Assembly (NCBI GenBank): GCA_050084515.1
Contig: CM114271.1
Span: 28,334,001-28,398,000, forward strand
From: Blasia pusilla
Taxonomy: Eukaryota
Length of the DNA stretch: 64,000 nucleotides
Direction of reading: 5' to 3'
Shown here: positions 1 to 13,407 of the stretch, piece by piece
Layout of the letters: every line of letters starts with the position of its first letter
Position numbering within the stretch: position 1 is the stretch's first letter
Position numbers and translations under genes: made by a program
Notes under the pieces: generated by a model
Seen by the model: only the letters and a program-made list of their open reading frames with translations
What the model was told of the DNA's origin: nothing
The model's database searches: none

Positions 1-2779
1 AGGGAGTAGACTTTGTACGCCACACTTGGATTCCAACCCGAGATTCACTTCGTGTGAGTCTCGGTTAGGGCCTCATGGATGTCCATTGGACAGTTGGAAC
101 CGCCACGCGCAAAACGTTGTTTGAGGGTCTTGAACCGATTAGAAAGTCTGTCCCAAGTCTTTTGAGACTTGCCCGTGTTGTAAACCGCGAAACAAGGAAG
201 GTTGAGCTTGATGAGAGACCAAGACAAGAACTCAGAAAGTAAGTCCGCTGCTTGATCCAAGAACCGACTGAACAAAGTGTGTGTTTGGATGCAGATCAAC
301 GTTGAGAGCGTGACGAACTGAACGTACACTTCTGCAAAAACAAGATTAACGGTCAATGAGAGTAGGCGCACGATAATCACCAACACTTAACGACTATGGC
401 ACTCCATCAAAGGCAAAGGTACTACAAAATTAAAACTCCATCTATAACCTAAACCCATTATCGAAAGTGGATGCAACTGTGGAGTTGGAGCATTAAACGA
501 TGCTCGGACTCAATCACACACCATGCATCTGGCAACAAACTGATGAACATCAGTCTGCATGTCTCGCCACCAATACTGAATCTAGAGCAAGATGTACGTC
601 CACTTCACTCCAAAATGACCCAACTCCTCTTGGGCATGACGCATCAAACGTGCTCTCTGCGAAGGATGAGGCACTACACGCACTCTACCATCCTCCCACA
701 CCCGCAATACATATGTCCCCTCCCATCGAAACCGTCCGGCTCATTGTAGGATCTGATACCGCTCTCTAGCACCCGCTGTGCTCACAACGCTGCGAGTACC
801 CAAGTACTCCAAGACTACTTTGTCGTCGTGAACATCTCGGCCACTTATCGTCTCCTCACCGGCCTCTAGATCTAAGGATTCTCCATCAGACCTTGCCGTC
901 GAAGTCTCCGCAATCTAGCTCTCCACAGCCAACAAGCCCAAATAGGCTGACGGATGCCATCATAGTACCAACTCCTCATCACTGTCACCATGCCAACGAG
1001 CTCCAATTGCATCTCGTTGACTATGGCATGGGTTATGGCTCAAACCGTTTGCATCTTGGTTCAGCATCCCTGGTCTATGCACCACTAGGAAGTCATACTC
1101 TTGCAACAAAAGAGCACCTTGCAAGCTTCCCTGTAAGCTTGTCAGACTCCATCAACCACTTAAGTGGCTGATGATCAATAATGATGGTAAGGGGATTTCC
1201 GCATAGATAACATCTGATATGTGCGACAGCCCACACTGCAACCAAGCACTCACCCTAATACGAGCTATACTTCGCCTCTATAGCGTTGTTCAAGCGACTC
1301 GTGAGCCACCACAAACTCTCTACCATCATCGGCATACTAGGTAAGCACGGCTTCAAGCCCCAACATGCTCCAATCGGTATGAAAGTGGAAAGGACGTCCC
1401 CTGAACGGTCTCTTCAATATGGGTGCGGACGTCAATCTGTCCTTGAGCATCTGAAATGCTCATCCCCCTAGTGCCACTCCTGATCCACCTTGGTCAACAA
1501 GGTCAGTGGCTTTGCAATCGAGCTGAAACCCTTGATGTACTGTCGATAGAAGTTCACCAATCTCATGAATGCACAAACTCGACTCACATCTGTAGGGCAT
1601 GGAATGTGTGAAATAGCCTCTACCTTCGTTTGTTGCACACCAAGGCCACATGGGTATATCGTATGACCAAAGTACTCAATCTGGTCGTAAAAGAACTTGC
1701 ACTTGCCTAGATGTAGCTTCAACCCATGTAATTGCAATTGTCAAAATATCTCCTCTAGGTGTCGCTCATGCTCCTCAACCATGGCGCTAAAGACTACAAT
1801 GTCATCAATATAACACCTAGAAAAATCTAGACCTGCCAAGATCCTACCAATGACCCTATGAAACTCAGCCGGGGCGTTATTTAACCCAAATGGTAAGAAC
1901 CTCCACTGGTACAAACAATCCTTCTCGTGAGGATCGATGCCCCAAAATGCCGTCTTCTGCCTCTCCTCCAATCTGATAGGCAGCTGATGGAATCCGACTC
2001 GCAAATCCAATGAATTGAAGACCTTTGCATGCCAAATCGCGTCAAAGATCTCCTCATGAGTGGGCATGACATACCTATTGCACTTTGTCTGCCGATTGAT
2101 AGGTTGGTAATCTCCACACATCCACCTATCCGTCCAGTTGCCATGCACATCCTTCTTGGCGTGCATGATAGTGGCAGATTCATACTCTACATGCGACATC
2201 TCCACTACTCCTGCTCCAACCAAATCGTGGCTCCTACTCTAAATCAGAGCCCTCTCCATGTGATTGTATCTGTAGGGTCTTCGGAAGATTAGCATGTCAC
2301 TTGACAACTCAATGCGGATCCCTTGACCCTTCTACGTACCCAAATCATGCATACTAAATGCAAAATAGCTCCTTTAACTCCAAAGGAACTGGTGTATCCG
2401 GCGTCGCTCTCCTCCTGTCAACTTGGGGCCCATATCTGGCTCCGAAGTCTCCATCGTGACTACAATAGGACTCTCCTATGCGGATTTCGGTGGTTGCTAT
2501 GGTGCAACCCCGTCTTGGAAAACAAAACTTGATTGCTCCTCTTCAACCAACTGCAAAATTGAATCTCCATGTGTAGTACCCGGGACCACGTTGGATGTTC
2601 TGGCTACCATCTCATGGCATACATGCAGTCCACGGGTGTCTCTCTTGATCACCCTTGGTGTGTTGATCTCCTCGGGTCTCGCCCCGAGCCACTACCTCAA
2701 CCGTCTCGGTAGGCATGGGGCTCACCAACGCAACTGCTGTGATCTGTCCCATCCTCAAACGACGATGCTCAAAAACTCC

Positions 2780-3745
2780 TAAGCTGAAACTCCATGTCAA
2801 GCAGTTCAAGTCCATCCCAACATATCGCGTGACCCAAGATATGACGTCGTGATGCCTCTGATAGTGATGGTATTGCTGTCACTCCTATAGGGAATCCCAT
2901 CGCTCCCTCTCGCTCATCGATGTTGGGCTCCACCAACCTCTATACTTGGTCATCCCAAACCAAGCCAGGTCCGGCCTCCTTGAATGCATAGGAAGCGGGA
3001 AAACTCACCATTGTGGAAAAGGTTGCCCGTGGCATGCCAATCCTGTTGACCACAGTCAACTGCGGTCGATCATCTAGCCTCATTGCCTGTGATCGACAGC
3101 ACGGACCCAATATAGAATCCATCGACAAATTCGAGGGGTGCTCCACTCTCGCATATGCCCTCCGCAACACCTCGTGTGGTACCAAGTTGGCCCACCAAAG
3201 ATGTGGGCGATGTGCTCATGAATCCACACTCGCGGTATCCAACAAAACTGCCAAGCCGATCCATGCGCGCACATGATGTGAACTTGTCACCACATGGGAC
3301 CTCGAATCACCCAAAATCAGTACATTCTCCAGAATGTATGCTGGAGGACAAGACTGATGCTCTTGCAAGTGTCGCAAAATCCGCGTCATCTCCCAAAACA
3401 ACCTGGACCGAGAGTCAACTAATCCGCTACCCTGTCCAACACTCGACTGGCCCTGACATTGCCAACTAGCAATGACCAAGACTATGGTCCCTATCCGCTC
3501 CAAGTCCTACGTCCCCAACAATGAAATGTCCCTCGGTAGGGAACTCTGGTAACCTTGAATGACGGACCCAGACAATAAGTCAAGAAAATAGAGGCATAAT
3601 TGCGCCACATGGTGAAGTGAAGTGCGCCTCGCAACATCGTCAATCTCCACATACGGGTACTGCTGCACGCGCACTCCAGCCTGAAAAACAACAACTAAGC
3701 GAGTGTTGATCCCTCCAAAGAGATCCAACACCCGAATATCCTTCT
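2780..3745 (-). pseudogene. DNMT3-like C5 cytosine DNA methyltransferase domain inside the gypsy pol region
   Basis: Same-frame fragments: IRVLDLFGGI (motif I), YVEID (II), IVLVIASWQCQGQS (IV, catalytic Cys codon 3456-3458), DSRSRLFWE, AYILENV (VI, ENV 3321-3329), LLDTASVDS*AHRPHLWWANL (VIII), EREGAMGFP.GVT (IX), SRRHILGHA then frameshifted MDLNCL (X). Stops at 3507, 3216, 2940. Confidence 0.9.
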
Positions 3746-6700
3746 TTGGGATGCACCACACAATCGGGGTGGTGTCCAAAGGGGTCATAGCTGCACTCTT
3801 GGCAACATGGGGTTCCTCTGACCCATCACACTCTCGTGCAAATGTCTCACTCCACGCGGTCTGCACATGCTCAATGGCATTGCGTCGAAGCTCCTCAGTT
3901 GAGCCCCAAAGCGGCACCTCTCCTCCACAGACTGATGTGGCTACCATGACACTCCTCTCCATAGAAATTTCAGGAACAGGAGTATCCTCAGCATGGACAT
4001 GTTCCTCAATCAAATCACTACACCAAGTGATGGTATTGCTAAATGCTACTAAGGTAGCCATCTCTCCTGGCCGTTGCTCGATCACTGCATCTGTGAATCA
4101 AACGAGTAATGAGCTAAGGCACCCATCACGTGACTACCATCCTGGTCTATAACATGCTGACTCCTCCCAGTAATCTAGGGAAAACCCCATCGGATATAAT
4201 ATTTCTCCACCAACCAAAACGTCATAGGACTCTGTGTCAGTTACTATCGCCTCGGCTCGCACCACAGTCTCATTTGTAGGATGTCCCAAGCGAATCCTCA
4301 CCACGACCTCCTAGCGGGTGATATACTATGTGGTACTTGCTCCACCCAAGGATGTATGTATCCAGAATGGACAACGCTCCACATCGGCTCTCATCAAGCC
4401 CAATCCTTTGAATAACGCTTTCATCAACATTAGGGGTTACCCTCCTGAATCCAACAAGACGTGTTGCGGACTAAAAGCTCTACCTCTAGGACTCACCGAT
4501 TGGAAGACCTCTCCCCGATTAAGCAGCAACACAACACTAGGAGAAGCCATGGCATGCTCTATCACGGGTCTAGCGGGCATCTCCGCCATCCTAGCAGCCG
4601 TAGTCTACCATGAATCTGACGTGGACGGCCCCAGCATCCGTTCTGAGGGAAGGTCCATCATCTCCTCTGAACGTGATGTAGGAACTCCAACTCCACGCTC
4701 CCATAATGTAGCGGCCAGCTGGAACATCTCGGTGGGCGTACCTCCCAATGTCATAACATCATAAGCAGAAAATAGCGAAGCACGGTACACCATTGTGGCC
4801 GCCCCCAACATTGTACTCGACACATGCTCCTCCTAAGCATCAGCAATAGGAGTCGTCATACTCTTTTCTCCCATTTCCCCCGTGCCTGCACACCAATAAC
4901 ATCACCAACTCTCCGAGAACTCAGATCCGGACCCATCGATGGGATTCTCATCGCCTCACACAACGTAAAAGATTGAGGAAGTCTGGTGTATTTCCAAGCT
5001 TCCCCTCGTAGTGGATCCAACTCTGCGGTTGCTCCACGCTTCACAACTACAGAAGCCTCCATCTGGGCAACCCCGCACATCCAACCAGGATCCTCCATAT
5101 TGTGGATGCTCCATATGATGTCAATACCACGGATCCGGCATCGGGTAACCTCAATGTCGTAGCGGCAATCTGCTCATGTAGCTACTGTATTTGAGCAACC
5201 ATCCCAACCTCACACGCGGCATCTCCCTCGATGCGTCTAGGTGGTGGGATTCTACCTCCTCCACGGGTAGCTCAACCACCCTGTCGGGCAACTCCAGCTC
5301 CTCATCCCCCAACGGGACCACCTGGTGCACGATCTCTAGCTCCACCTAGACCGGATACTCACTCTAGTTCCCTCTCTGGCCCTTGGTCCGGACGTAACTC
5401 AAGATATGAACTGAAACACTTGGCGCATGTGTGACCATACCTCTAACAATAGTCACATTGATAACCTCCTAGTGCAGCACCATCTCCTCCTCTATGCTGA
5501 GGCACCCGTCCATGACCCTGACGAGTGCAAACACGATGATGATGGGCTCCACCATATGACCAACAAGTAATTGTAGGCGGCTGCTTCTGAGCCATATATG
5601 AAGGCGCAGATCTCTATGGCATAACCTCTTGGTATCCTCCCTGAGCTCGTGGTGCCACAGTCAACCTACTTCAGAGTCCATGTTATTGCACTGTAGACAA
5701 TCGTGATTGCTCTCGCCCATAACCTATGGTGGCTACGCTCTCCTCCACCATGTTGCGCTCAACGTTCTCAATGGTCCTAAAAACATCTCTCAACGTAGGG
5801 GAGGTATTCATAAGGAGCACTCCCTCCCGAACCTATATCGAGCATTGCGTACCATGATTGGATAGCCTGAGCCTCTATCATCCCTGAGTGACGTTGATCA
5901 ACCAATGCAAGGGAGTGTAAGCCTCACGCAAACTCTCACTCGGGCGCCTCTGGCAGTCGTGGATGCTCCGCAACTTCTCCATCCATACCCCCTGGTAGCT
6001 CGCCCTCAACTCAACGAAGAACTCAACCACATGGTTGAACTTGGGACGAACTCGACTAGACGGTGCAACTGCTCTTGTGCACTGACCCCTCCTAAAACAT
6101 CTTTAGTGGAAGAGGAAGTAGCCTCTCCTGACTCCTCCTCCTCATCTGGGAATGGCTCCGTCCATGACACATAGTGTGGGTCTTAGTAGAGTCGCCATGC
6201 CTCAATCTCCTAGGCATATTTGTGGAAGAACTCATGATAATCGTCCATGGATCCCCCCTCTAAATGCTGGAACATACCTTTTCATGTTGTGAACGGGTTG
6301 AACGCTCTAGATTTCCTAGCCCGTTATGAGTCACACCAACTCCTAGAATCCGCAATGAAGTCGTGTAGCTCTATAGTGCCTTCAGCACCCGAAAACCTAC
6401 GCGGTCCTCTATCCCGGTCGTCCATCTCGTACGCCCAACTAGTAGGACCACTCAATGTGTACGGTGGATCACTAACACACTCCTCTACATGCTCTCCCTT
6501 GTTTGAAGACGACATAGAAGGAGATCGAGGTGGTCTCTCATGTGGAGCCCCTTGAAACCTCGCACCACTCCGGGTAAATCTTGCAGAGCTACTCTCAGGT
6601 CCACTACCTCGCCTCTCAAAATACCGAAAGGACACCGTGATGGCCCTTCTTCCCCTCTCATACGATCACTCTCAATCACTCAAACTAAATATGCGGCACT

Positions 6701-8158
6701 CAATCTACACTCTCTCATTGAGACGTGTGTTATGCGGCAATAAGCAACGTGGTCCGGCAAATCAATTGATCTATCGTCTCATCGACAAACCATCCTCAAC
6801 TCTTGACATCCCACATAGGTCTATGTCTCCTAAACCCATACATCATGCTCTCAGCATCAACATGAAACCCAATATCTCAAATAACTTCCCAATATCAGGA
6901 AAATCCCTCACACGTGTAGGGTAAGAGACTATAATGGATAACTTGACAATAACATCAATGTCGCTCCTCAGCAACTGCAAATCTTGACCCCAACTCGGTC
7001 GTGAAGATAACTCCCCCAATTAACAAGTTGTACGCTTCTCGAACTGATGCTACTCAAACCTCCTCGATGTGCGGTGCAAGTCCAGCAGTCTATTGCGGCA
7101 CTGGCGGCACAGAACAGTTACAAACAACACGACACTTGGAAATGGGGCGCGGCACTCGGCGGCATACCCTCCTCAATTAGAAATTCAAATGCTCTGCTCC
7201 TTAGTGAAGAAGCGGCTCCGTGATTGAGACGGTGCGGTGCGGCCACGAGCGACAATCGGCGGCGCGTTACGGCTATGGGCGTCACGACATGGTACTCAAT
7301 CATCGTAGAGCGGCTATCAATCACAACATAGCAACATCAAATGAAAACTCAAACACCATAACCCAAGATTACCTTCCATCACTGGTTGATGATGAGACTG
7401 CGATGACGGTGGCGGCCAAAACAAAGTACGTGGTGGCGGCGCAAGTTAGAGAATCATTGGTCGTCATGGAAGACCCTCCACTCCTTAATGGCGACAATGG
7501 CATCCAAGGGTGGACAACGGCCGAACGCAGCTCTAAGCAGCACTAGGCGATGGTGGTGGCTGACGATGAATGGTGGATGGTGGACCATTGGCGGTGACTA
7601 TGACGGCTGGTTTAGGGTTTGAACAATTTAACCCTAAAAATCTCTTAGCAATAAAAGTTTTTCAAGATTGATCATAACTTTTTGCTCGCAATCCAAATTA
7701 TGCACCGTCTATTGCACAACGTGCATAGCCTCACGATATACAACAATATCAAAAAATATTTTGAATTGGACATTCCAGCAAAAACTGACGGGGATTGTCG
7801 TAAAGCCCAACTCCTCTTTCTCCTACAGAAATTTTGGCAACGCTTCCGCGCTGATTTTTCCCGACGAAAATGTAAAACCTGTGAAAATAAAAATTAGCAA
7901 GCTACATGGTGCTCCCAAGAGCACCAACATGGGGAAATTTTCCCCCATACTCAATCCCTGTCAAAAATTGGGCAGCACTTTCGTGCGCCATTCTTCCATA
8001 CAAAAAATCGGCAAAGGAAACATAAAAAATGAGTGGCTCTAGCTCTGGTGACCACTCCCATAAACCGTTGAATGGGAAATACGATCCCCAACCTGCAAAA
8101 CCAGCGAGTGACTTGTGAGCTCCCCCATGAAGCTCTCTCACTCATCTCATTCTCTCTT

Positions 8159-8675
8159 TGTAAATCAAAATCGAATCTCTCTCACAACACCATAGTTCTC
8201 ACATGAGTGCACTCTCACAAGTCTCTCTCAATGTCAAACCAAACCTACTCTCCTAATAAGAGATTTGGATTACACTCACAAGGCAAGGGACCATAGCTCC
8301 ACCGCCTTATGCCAAGAGGTTCAACAAAGAGAGAATAAGCTATCAAACTCTCTCTCCTTGAGGTATACCCCTCCCCTCTCCCAAGTTCTCTCCATGGTAA
8401 CCTATGCTCCCAAGTCACCTCTTTGGATCTTAACCTGATGTAGGAGATCAAGGTCAATTACCAGAAATACAAAATTGATCATATACTCAAAATTGTACTT
8501 ACCTAACATAGTAAGTTCCTCAATATGGTTCCAAATGGGTCGAAACGAAGGGAGAACCTACTCTCTCAGGTTTCGCGCGGCATCAACAGGTCATCCTCGA
8601 CCTGTTGAGGCTCTCCTCTACTACTTGCGACGGCGCTCTACTAGATCTCACCAATCTATCCAAAAAGACATGATA
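8159..8675 (-). repeat. 5' LTR of gypsy copy 1 (~517 bp)
   Basis: Aligns by eye with 31901-32413 and partly with 41245-41698. Left end TGTAAA on +; right end ...GACATGATA is a decayed version of ...GACGTGACA. Confidence 0.8.
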
Positions 8676-11235
8676 ATTCAAACAACAATATATGGTCAAA
8701 CTCGCCAATAAGTCACAAGTCTAAATATATGGTATAAGAGAATTGGACATATGAATCTTCAAAAACTACAGAGTCTTTCATCATCTAATATAGTAATAGG
8801 ACTTCCTAAATTAGCGAGTCCTGCTACATTAGAGATATGTCCTCCTTGCCAATTTGGAAAACAAGCTAGATTTCCTTTTCCAAAGCAAGGTAGAAGAGCA
8901 TCCAAGATATTGGAGTTGATCCATAATGATGTGTGGATAACATCACAACATAGCCTTCGTGGTTGTGAGTACTTTGTTTCATTTATTGATGATTCTTTAG
9001 GTATATATGGGTATACTTTCTCAAAGCCAAGTTAGAGGTATTCTCAATGTTCAAAATATTCAGAGTTCTAGCAGAGAAGCAGACTGGAAAACATATTTTG
9101 AAATTGCGTTGTGATGGAGGAGGAGAGTCATCTATCTTAAAAAGTCTTCATAGGAAGTAAACCTGATTTTTCCCTCCTGAAAGTATTGGTTTTATTTATT
9201 ATGCTCTTGTTCCTTTTGAGAGACGTAAAAAATTAGACCCCAAATTTGAAAGATGTATATTCATTGGCTACGTTGATGGAACTAAGGGATATAAGTGCTA
9301 CATTCCATCATCTAGGCATCTTATTATTAGTCGTGATGTTATCTTTCATGAGCTAAAGTCATAGTATGCTCCATGTGAGCCTATTCTACCTCTAAACTCC
9401 TCTATTGAGGGGAAGAATATGATTGTAAACCAACAGATATTGTCGTCAAATTCCCCAAGACCTAGTGTAGGATTAGAAGAGGTCATAGATTCGCCAGTTA
9501 AATCTATGAGTCCATGGACGGAAAGAATACGTAATCAGTCTGTTGACACTAGTCAGAGCTCAAGTCAGGTGTTAGAGGCATCTACCTGTGAACAACAACT
9601 TTGTAGATCAAGTAGAGTCATACATCATATTCATAGATTTATAAATGAAGGTTTTCTTGTGACACATCATGCATATATGATGACTACCCTTCAAGAATAG
9701 GAGTCGAGTTATTTTGAAGAAGATGTAAGTAAAATCGAATGGATTGAAGCTATGAAGGAAGAGCTTGCTCCATTAAGACAGACATCAACAAACCTGGGAG
9801 CTGGTTGATATACCTTCCAGTAAGGAAGCTTTTGGTTGCAAATGGGTTTACAAAATCGAGCGCAATCAAAATGGTATAATTAACAGATACAAAGCAAGAT
9901 TGGTGGCTTAGAGCTATGCACAACAATATGACATCGATTATGAGGAAATATTTAGCCATGTTGCAAAGATGGCGACTATGAGAACAATGGTTGTAATTGG
10001 AGTAAGTAAGAAGTGGAGATTACATCACATGGACGTCAAGAATGCCTTCTTGAATGGAGATCTATATGAGGAGGTATATATGACTCAACCAACTGGATAT
10101 GAACATCCCGAGTTTCCATTTTGCGTATGCAAGTTGAAGAAAGCTCTGTACGGGCTCAAATAAGCTCAAAGAGCTTGGTATTTGAGCTTCCATAAATTGG
10201 CTCACTGTGGAAGCACCTCAAAAATCTCACCTTGATGTTGTGAGGAGGATTATGCGGTAAGTGAAATTCTCTATTCAATTTGAACCTTCTCAAAGTTTAC
10301 AATTATAGGGATTCACAAATGTTGATTGGGCAAGAAGCGTATCTGATCGACACTCCATATGTGGTTATTCGTTTACTTTGGGAAGCGTAGTTATAAGTTC
10401 GGCTTCGAAGAAGCAACCTACATTTGCTTTATCTTCAACAAAGGATGAATACAGAGGAGCAACCAATGCAATATGTGAGGCGGTGTGACTTCATCAATTA
10501 CTTGTTGAGATTGGTGTTAGTAACTTAGGACCTAGTGTAATATATGTAAACAATATTAGTAGCATCAAACTTGCTAGACCTTGTGTTTCATGCTTGTACA
10601 AAATATGTTGAGGTGCACTATCATTTTATCAGAGAGAAAGTGCTTGCAAGAGAAATTGTTCTTATGTATATAGGTATAGATCAACAAATTGATGACATCT
10701 TTACAAAGGCATTGTCTAGAGATAAGTTTGAGATGTTTAGAAATAATTTAGGCATTAGAGATATCGATATGAGCTTGAGGGGGAGTATTGAAGATTGAGT
10801 TACAATCAAGCTCATGAGACACGTGAACTGCTACATTTGGTACTCACACGAAGTAGGGAAGCTTAATCTTGTTTAGTTAGTTAAGCGCGATTATCTTAAC
10901 TAGGGTTAGTTAATCATAATTAGTCTAACTTGAAACTGTGGTTAAGATTAGGGTTAGCGTTGCTTGTACATACCCTATATAATTGAGAAGGGGACCAGCC
11001 TCCACTCATTCTCTCATTGCAAAATTTTGTTCTCCATAATGGTGTGTGAGAGCCGTTTCCCATGAGTTATGCATCTTTAGCAGCTTTCTACAGATATAGG
11101 TGTAAATAAGTATGTGTATGATCTCAATCGATATATATTGTGAGAAGAATTTGAATGAAGGCTTGGCTAGCATTACTTCTACAATGTTTGAGATATTGTG
11201 TTTTGTACCAAGACATAAAAAACCACCATATAACA
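8676..11235 (+). mobile_element. Ty1/copia LTR retrotransposon, decayed 3' part (GAG-pre-integrase, integrase, RT, RNase H, 3' LTR), interrupted upstream by the gypsy element
   Basis: WYKRIGHMN...CPPCQFGKQAR...LELIHNDVW (integrase); HHMDVKNAFLNGDLYEEVYMTQP, KLKKALYGLK (RT); KYVEVHYHFIREKV...QIDDIFTKAL (RNase H); PPT GAGGGGGAG at 10777-10785. Confidence 0.93.
10786..11235 (+). repeat. Putative copia 3' LTR
   Basis: Begins right after the PPT with TATTG (decayed TGTTG), contains TATA-like CCCTATATAA (~10973) and ends TAACA. Confidence 0.6.
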
Positions 11236-13407
11236 ATAGAAAATTTCTTTGGTAGTGTTTGTTGCTTTATGAATGTGTTCCAACATAGATATTATGCACA
11301 TGGATTATGCGAACGAAAATAGTTGGATGGCTTGCAACATTATATATGAAACCATACAATGTCCAAAGGGGGGAAGTTGCATTGGCAGATCTATGTTGAG
11401 CGATATATTGTTGCTTGCCTTTGGATATATGGACAACCATACAATTTCCTTATTATCAAGACATGTCTTGTGTGTCGGATTGAACATCATTGTGATTTGA
11501 TAGGATAAAGGTAATAATAGTTACAATGTAGTTTTTATGTCATCAATGTTGATAGAGAACAAGCATTTATGAGAGGTATGGATGTCTAAGATGAACTTCA
11601 CATCGCTTATTCCAACCAAATCAAATCTAGGAAATGGTGGCACTATCTCTTTTGGTTTGGCATATATATATATTGGTGTAACACATGAATGAATTTGATG
11701 ATGTATGTATTAGAAAAGTCATAGAACAAAACAAGATAAACACCAAAGATTTCGATAAGAGATAGCCTAGGTGGTAAGCTATCGTTAAAGAGAAAAAGCC
11801 ACACAAATGATGGATAACTTCTTCTTTCCACTATGGCTCAAAGCTTCCTAATAGATTCTTGTGTATTGAATGTTATGCAACGATTTTTTTTCTTGTCCAA
11901 ACTGCAACGAAATACGTTTGTGTAAAGGGCTCTGCTTCGGTGGTCTTAATGAGCAAATTGAGTGTTGTGCAAATGTTTTGAAGTCCTGTGGTGGTATTTG
12001 GGACTAACAAAGTGAATGGGGCACAAAAGCGGGTAATAACTTGGAATATTTTTAATTCCATGCAATTGTGAAAGTTCTTTTCCTATCACTTATGAAAGTT
12101 CTTTTCGAAGAGTGATAGGCTAACATTGAGATATATGGATCTACCTAGTGCAAAGTTTTGTATGCAATAATAAGGTGGAAAATCACTCCACTTCCTTCTC
12201 TCTCATTGTGTTGTTGTGATGTTCTCATGCTGGTTTTGAATGATGACACATCATTTCAACATTTATGCTATGATCGGGTTGTATGAATGCATTCATATTA
12301 TCGTTGAATGGGTAGGAAAGCATTTTGCATTCCCTTTGGAGGCTTGGTTTGGATTTGGTCACATCTCTTGAGTAACTAGTGACAATCTAATGGGTTTAAA
12401 TCCCAAAGGACTCAATAGGTTTGGATGTGGATAGAGGGAATCTATATTTTGGTCCCGGGAAAAGAATGGGTTATCCCGAAAACTGAATTATTGGCAATCT
12501 TCCAAAGCCAAAAGAAAAGAAAAGAAAGTCCAAAAATGATCCTAACCCCAAATGATGGAAAATGTTGATTGCATTCCCCATTGAAAAACAATTTCACTAG
12601 TATGCACATGAACTAGACATCTAGAAACTAGAGGGTGAAGATTAATTTTTGACGGTTGGATATGGAGCTATAAATAAAAGAAAACTCTCGGTTGCATAAA
12701 TGGCCGCAATAGCCCAAAAGATGTTGGTCCTTAGTGGTTAAAGGGTTGCATAACTTGCATCAGGTAGTGATAGGTGTCTAGTTGTGATGTGGCGGGGCAA
12801 GAAGAACGCGACTTTCTTCGGAAACCAGTTAGTTCCTCCTGTTCATTCGGTAGGGGTTTAGGGTTAGGGTTTTAACAAGAGGAGTACACTTTCCCACGAT
12901 GTAATTCGAATCGAGGAATGACGGAGCGCGAGGCGATGTCTCACAATTCGAACGGGCGCTCTGCGCAGTTGAATGCGGGACAGGTGTTGAGTTGAATTAC
13001 AGATGGCAGTTTTGACACACAGTTTGGAGCGGTGATCTTGATGCGGAGGAGGGATGGCGCACGGAAGTCTGCCCGAGTTCAAGATTTAGGACTCGGCGGG
13101 TTTTAGGGTTTAGGGTACTTGGGCCATTTTTCTTTACGTTTGCTGAAATGGATTTTTTGGGTGTGGTGGTTGACTGGAAGGAAGCCTTTGTATTTCCAAT
13201 CTGTTGAGGTCATGGGAACACTCTTGCGAAGACCTACTTCACTCATTGACGACCTAATACGGGAATGAGAAACGCGAGAATGTGTAGCTTTAGGAGTTGA
13301 AGTTCACCAAGACTGGTCGTCTTGGTTGTTTTTTAAGCTGCACAACAAAAACCAGATAAATGTTCAGTACTTGCTGAAATTGCTTCCGGAGAGCGTCTAC
13401 CGCCGCA

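Larger units (their letters stand above)
372..8675 (-). mobile_element. Ty3/gypsy LTR retrotransposon (copy 1, decayed): 5' LTR - gag - protease - DNMT3-like methyltransferase - RT - RNase H - integrase (interrupted)
   Basis: Minus-strand order: gag with CCHC knuckles (~5420-5580); protease LLDSG (~4440-4460); RT (RWMCGDYQPIN, SLDLRVGFHQ, LPFGLNNAPAEF, YIDD; ORF 1741-2223); RNase H (~1000-1450); integrase HHCC (HFGVK...YWW...CMVC, ~500-620). PR-RT-RH-INT order is gypsy type. Many stops and frameshifts. Confidence 0.95.

Noticed and set aside
2780-3745. Host DNMT3/DRM gene or bacterial contaminant methylase
   Set aside because: It is intronless, in frame with the retroelement protease, decayed like the rest of the element, and has unpermuted motifs with DNMT3-like signatures.
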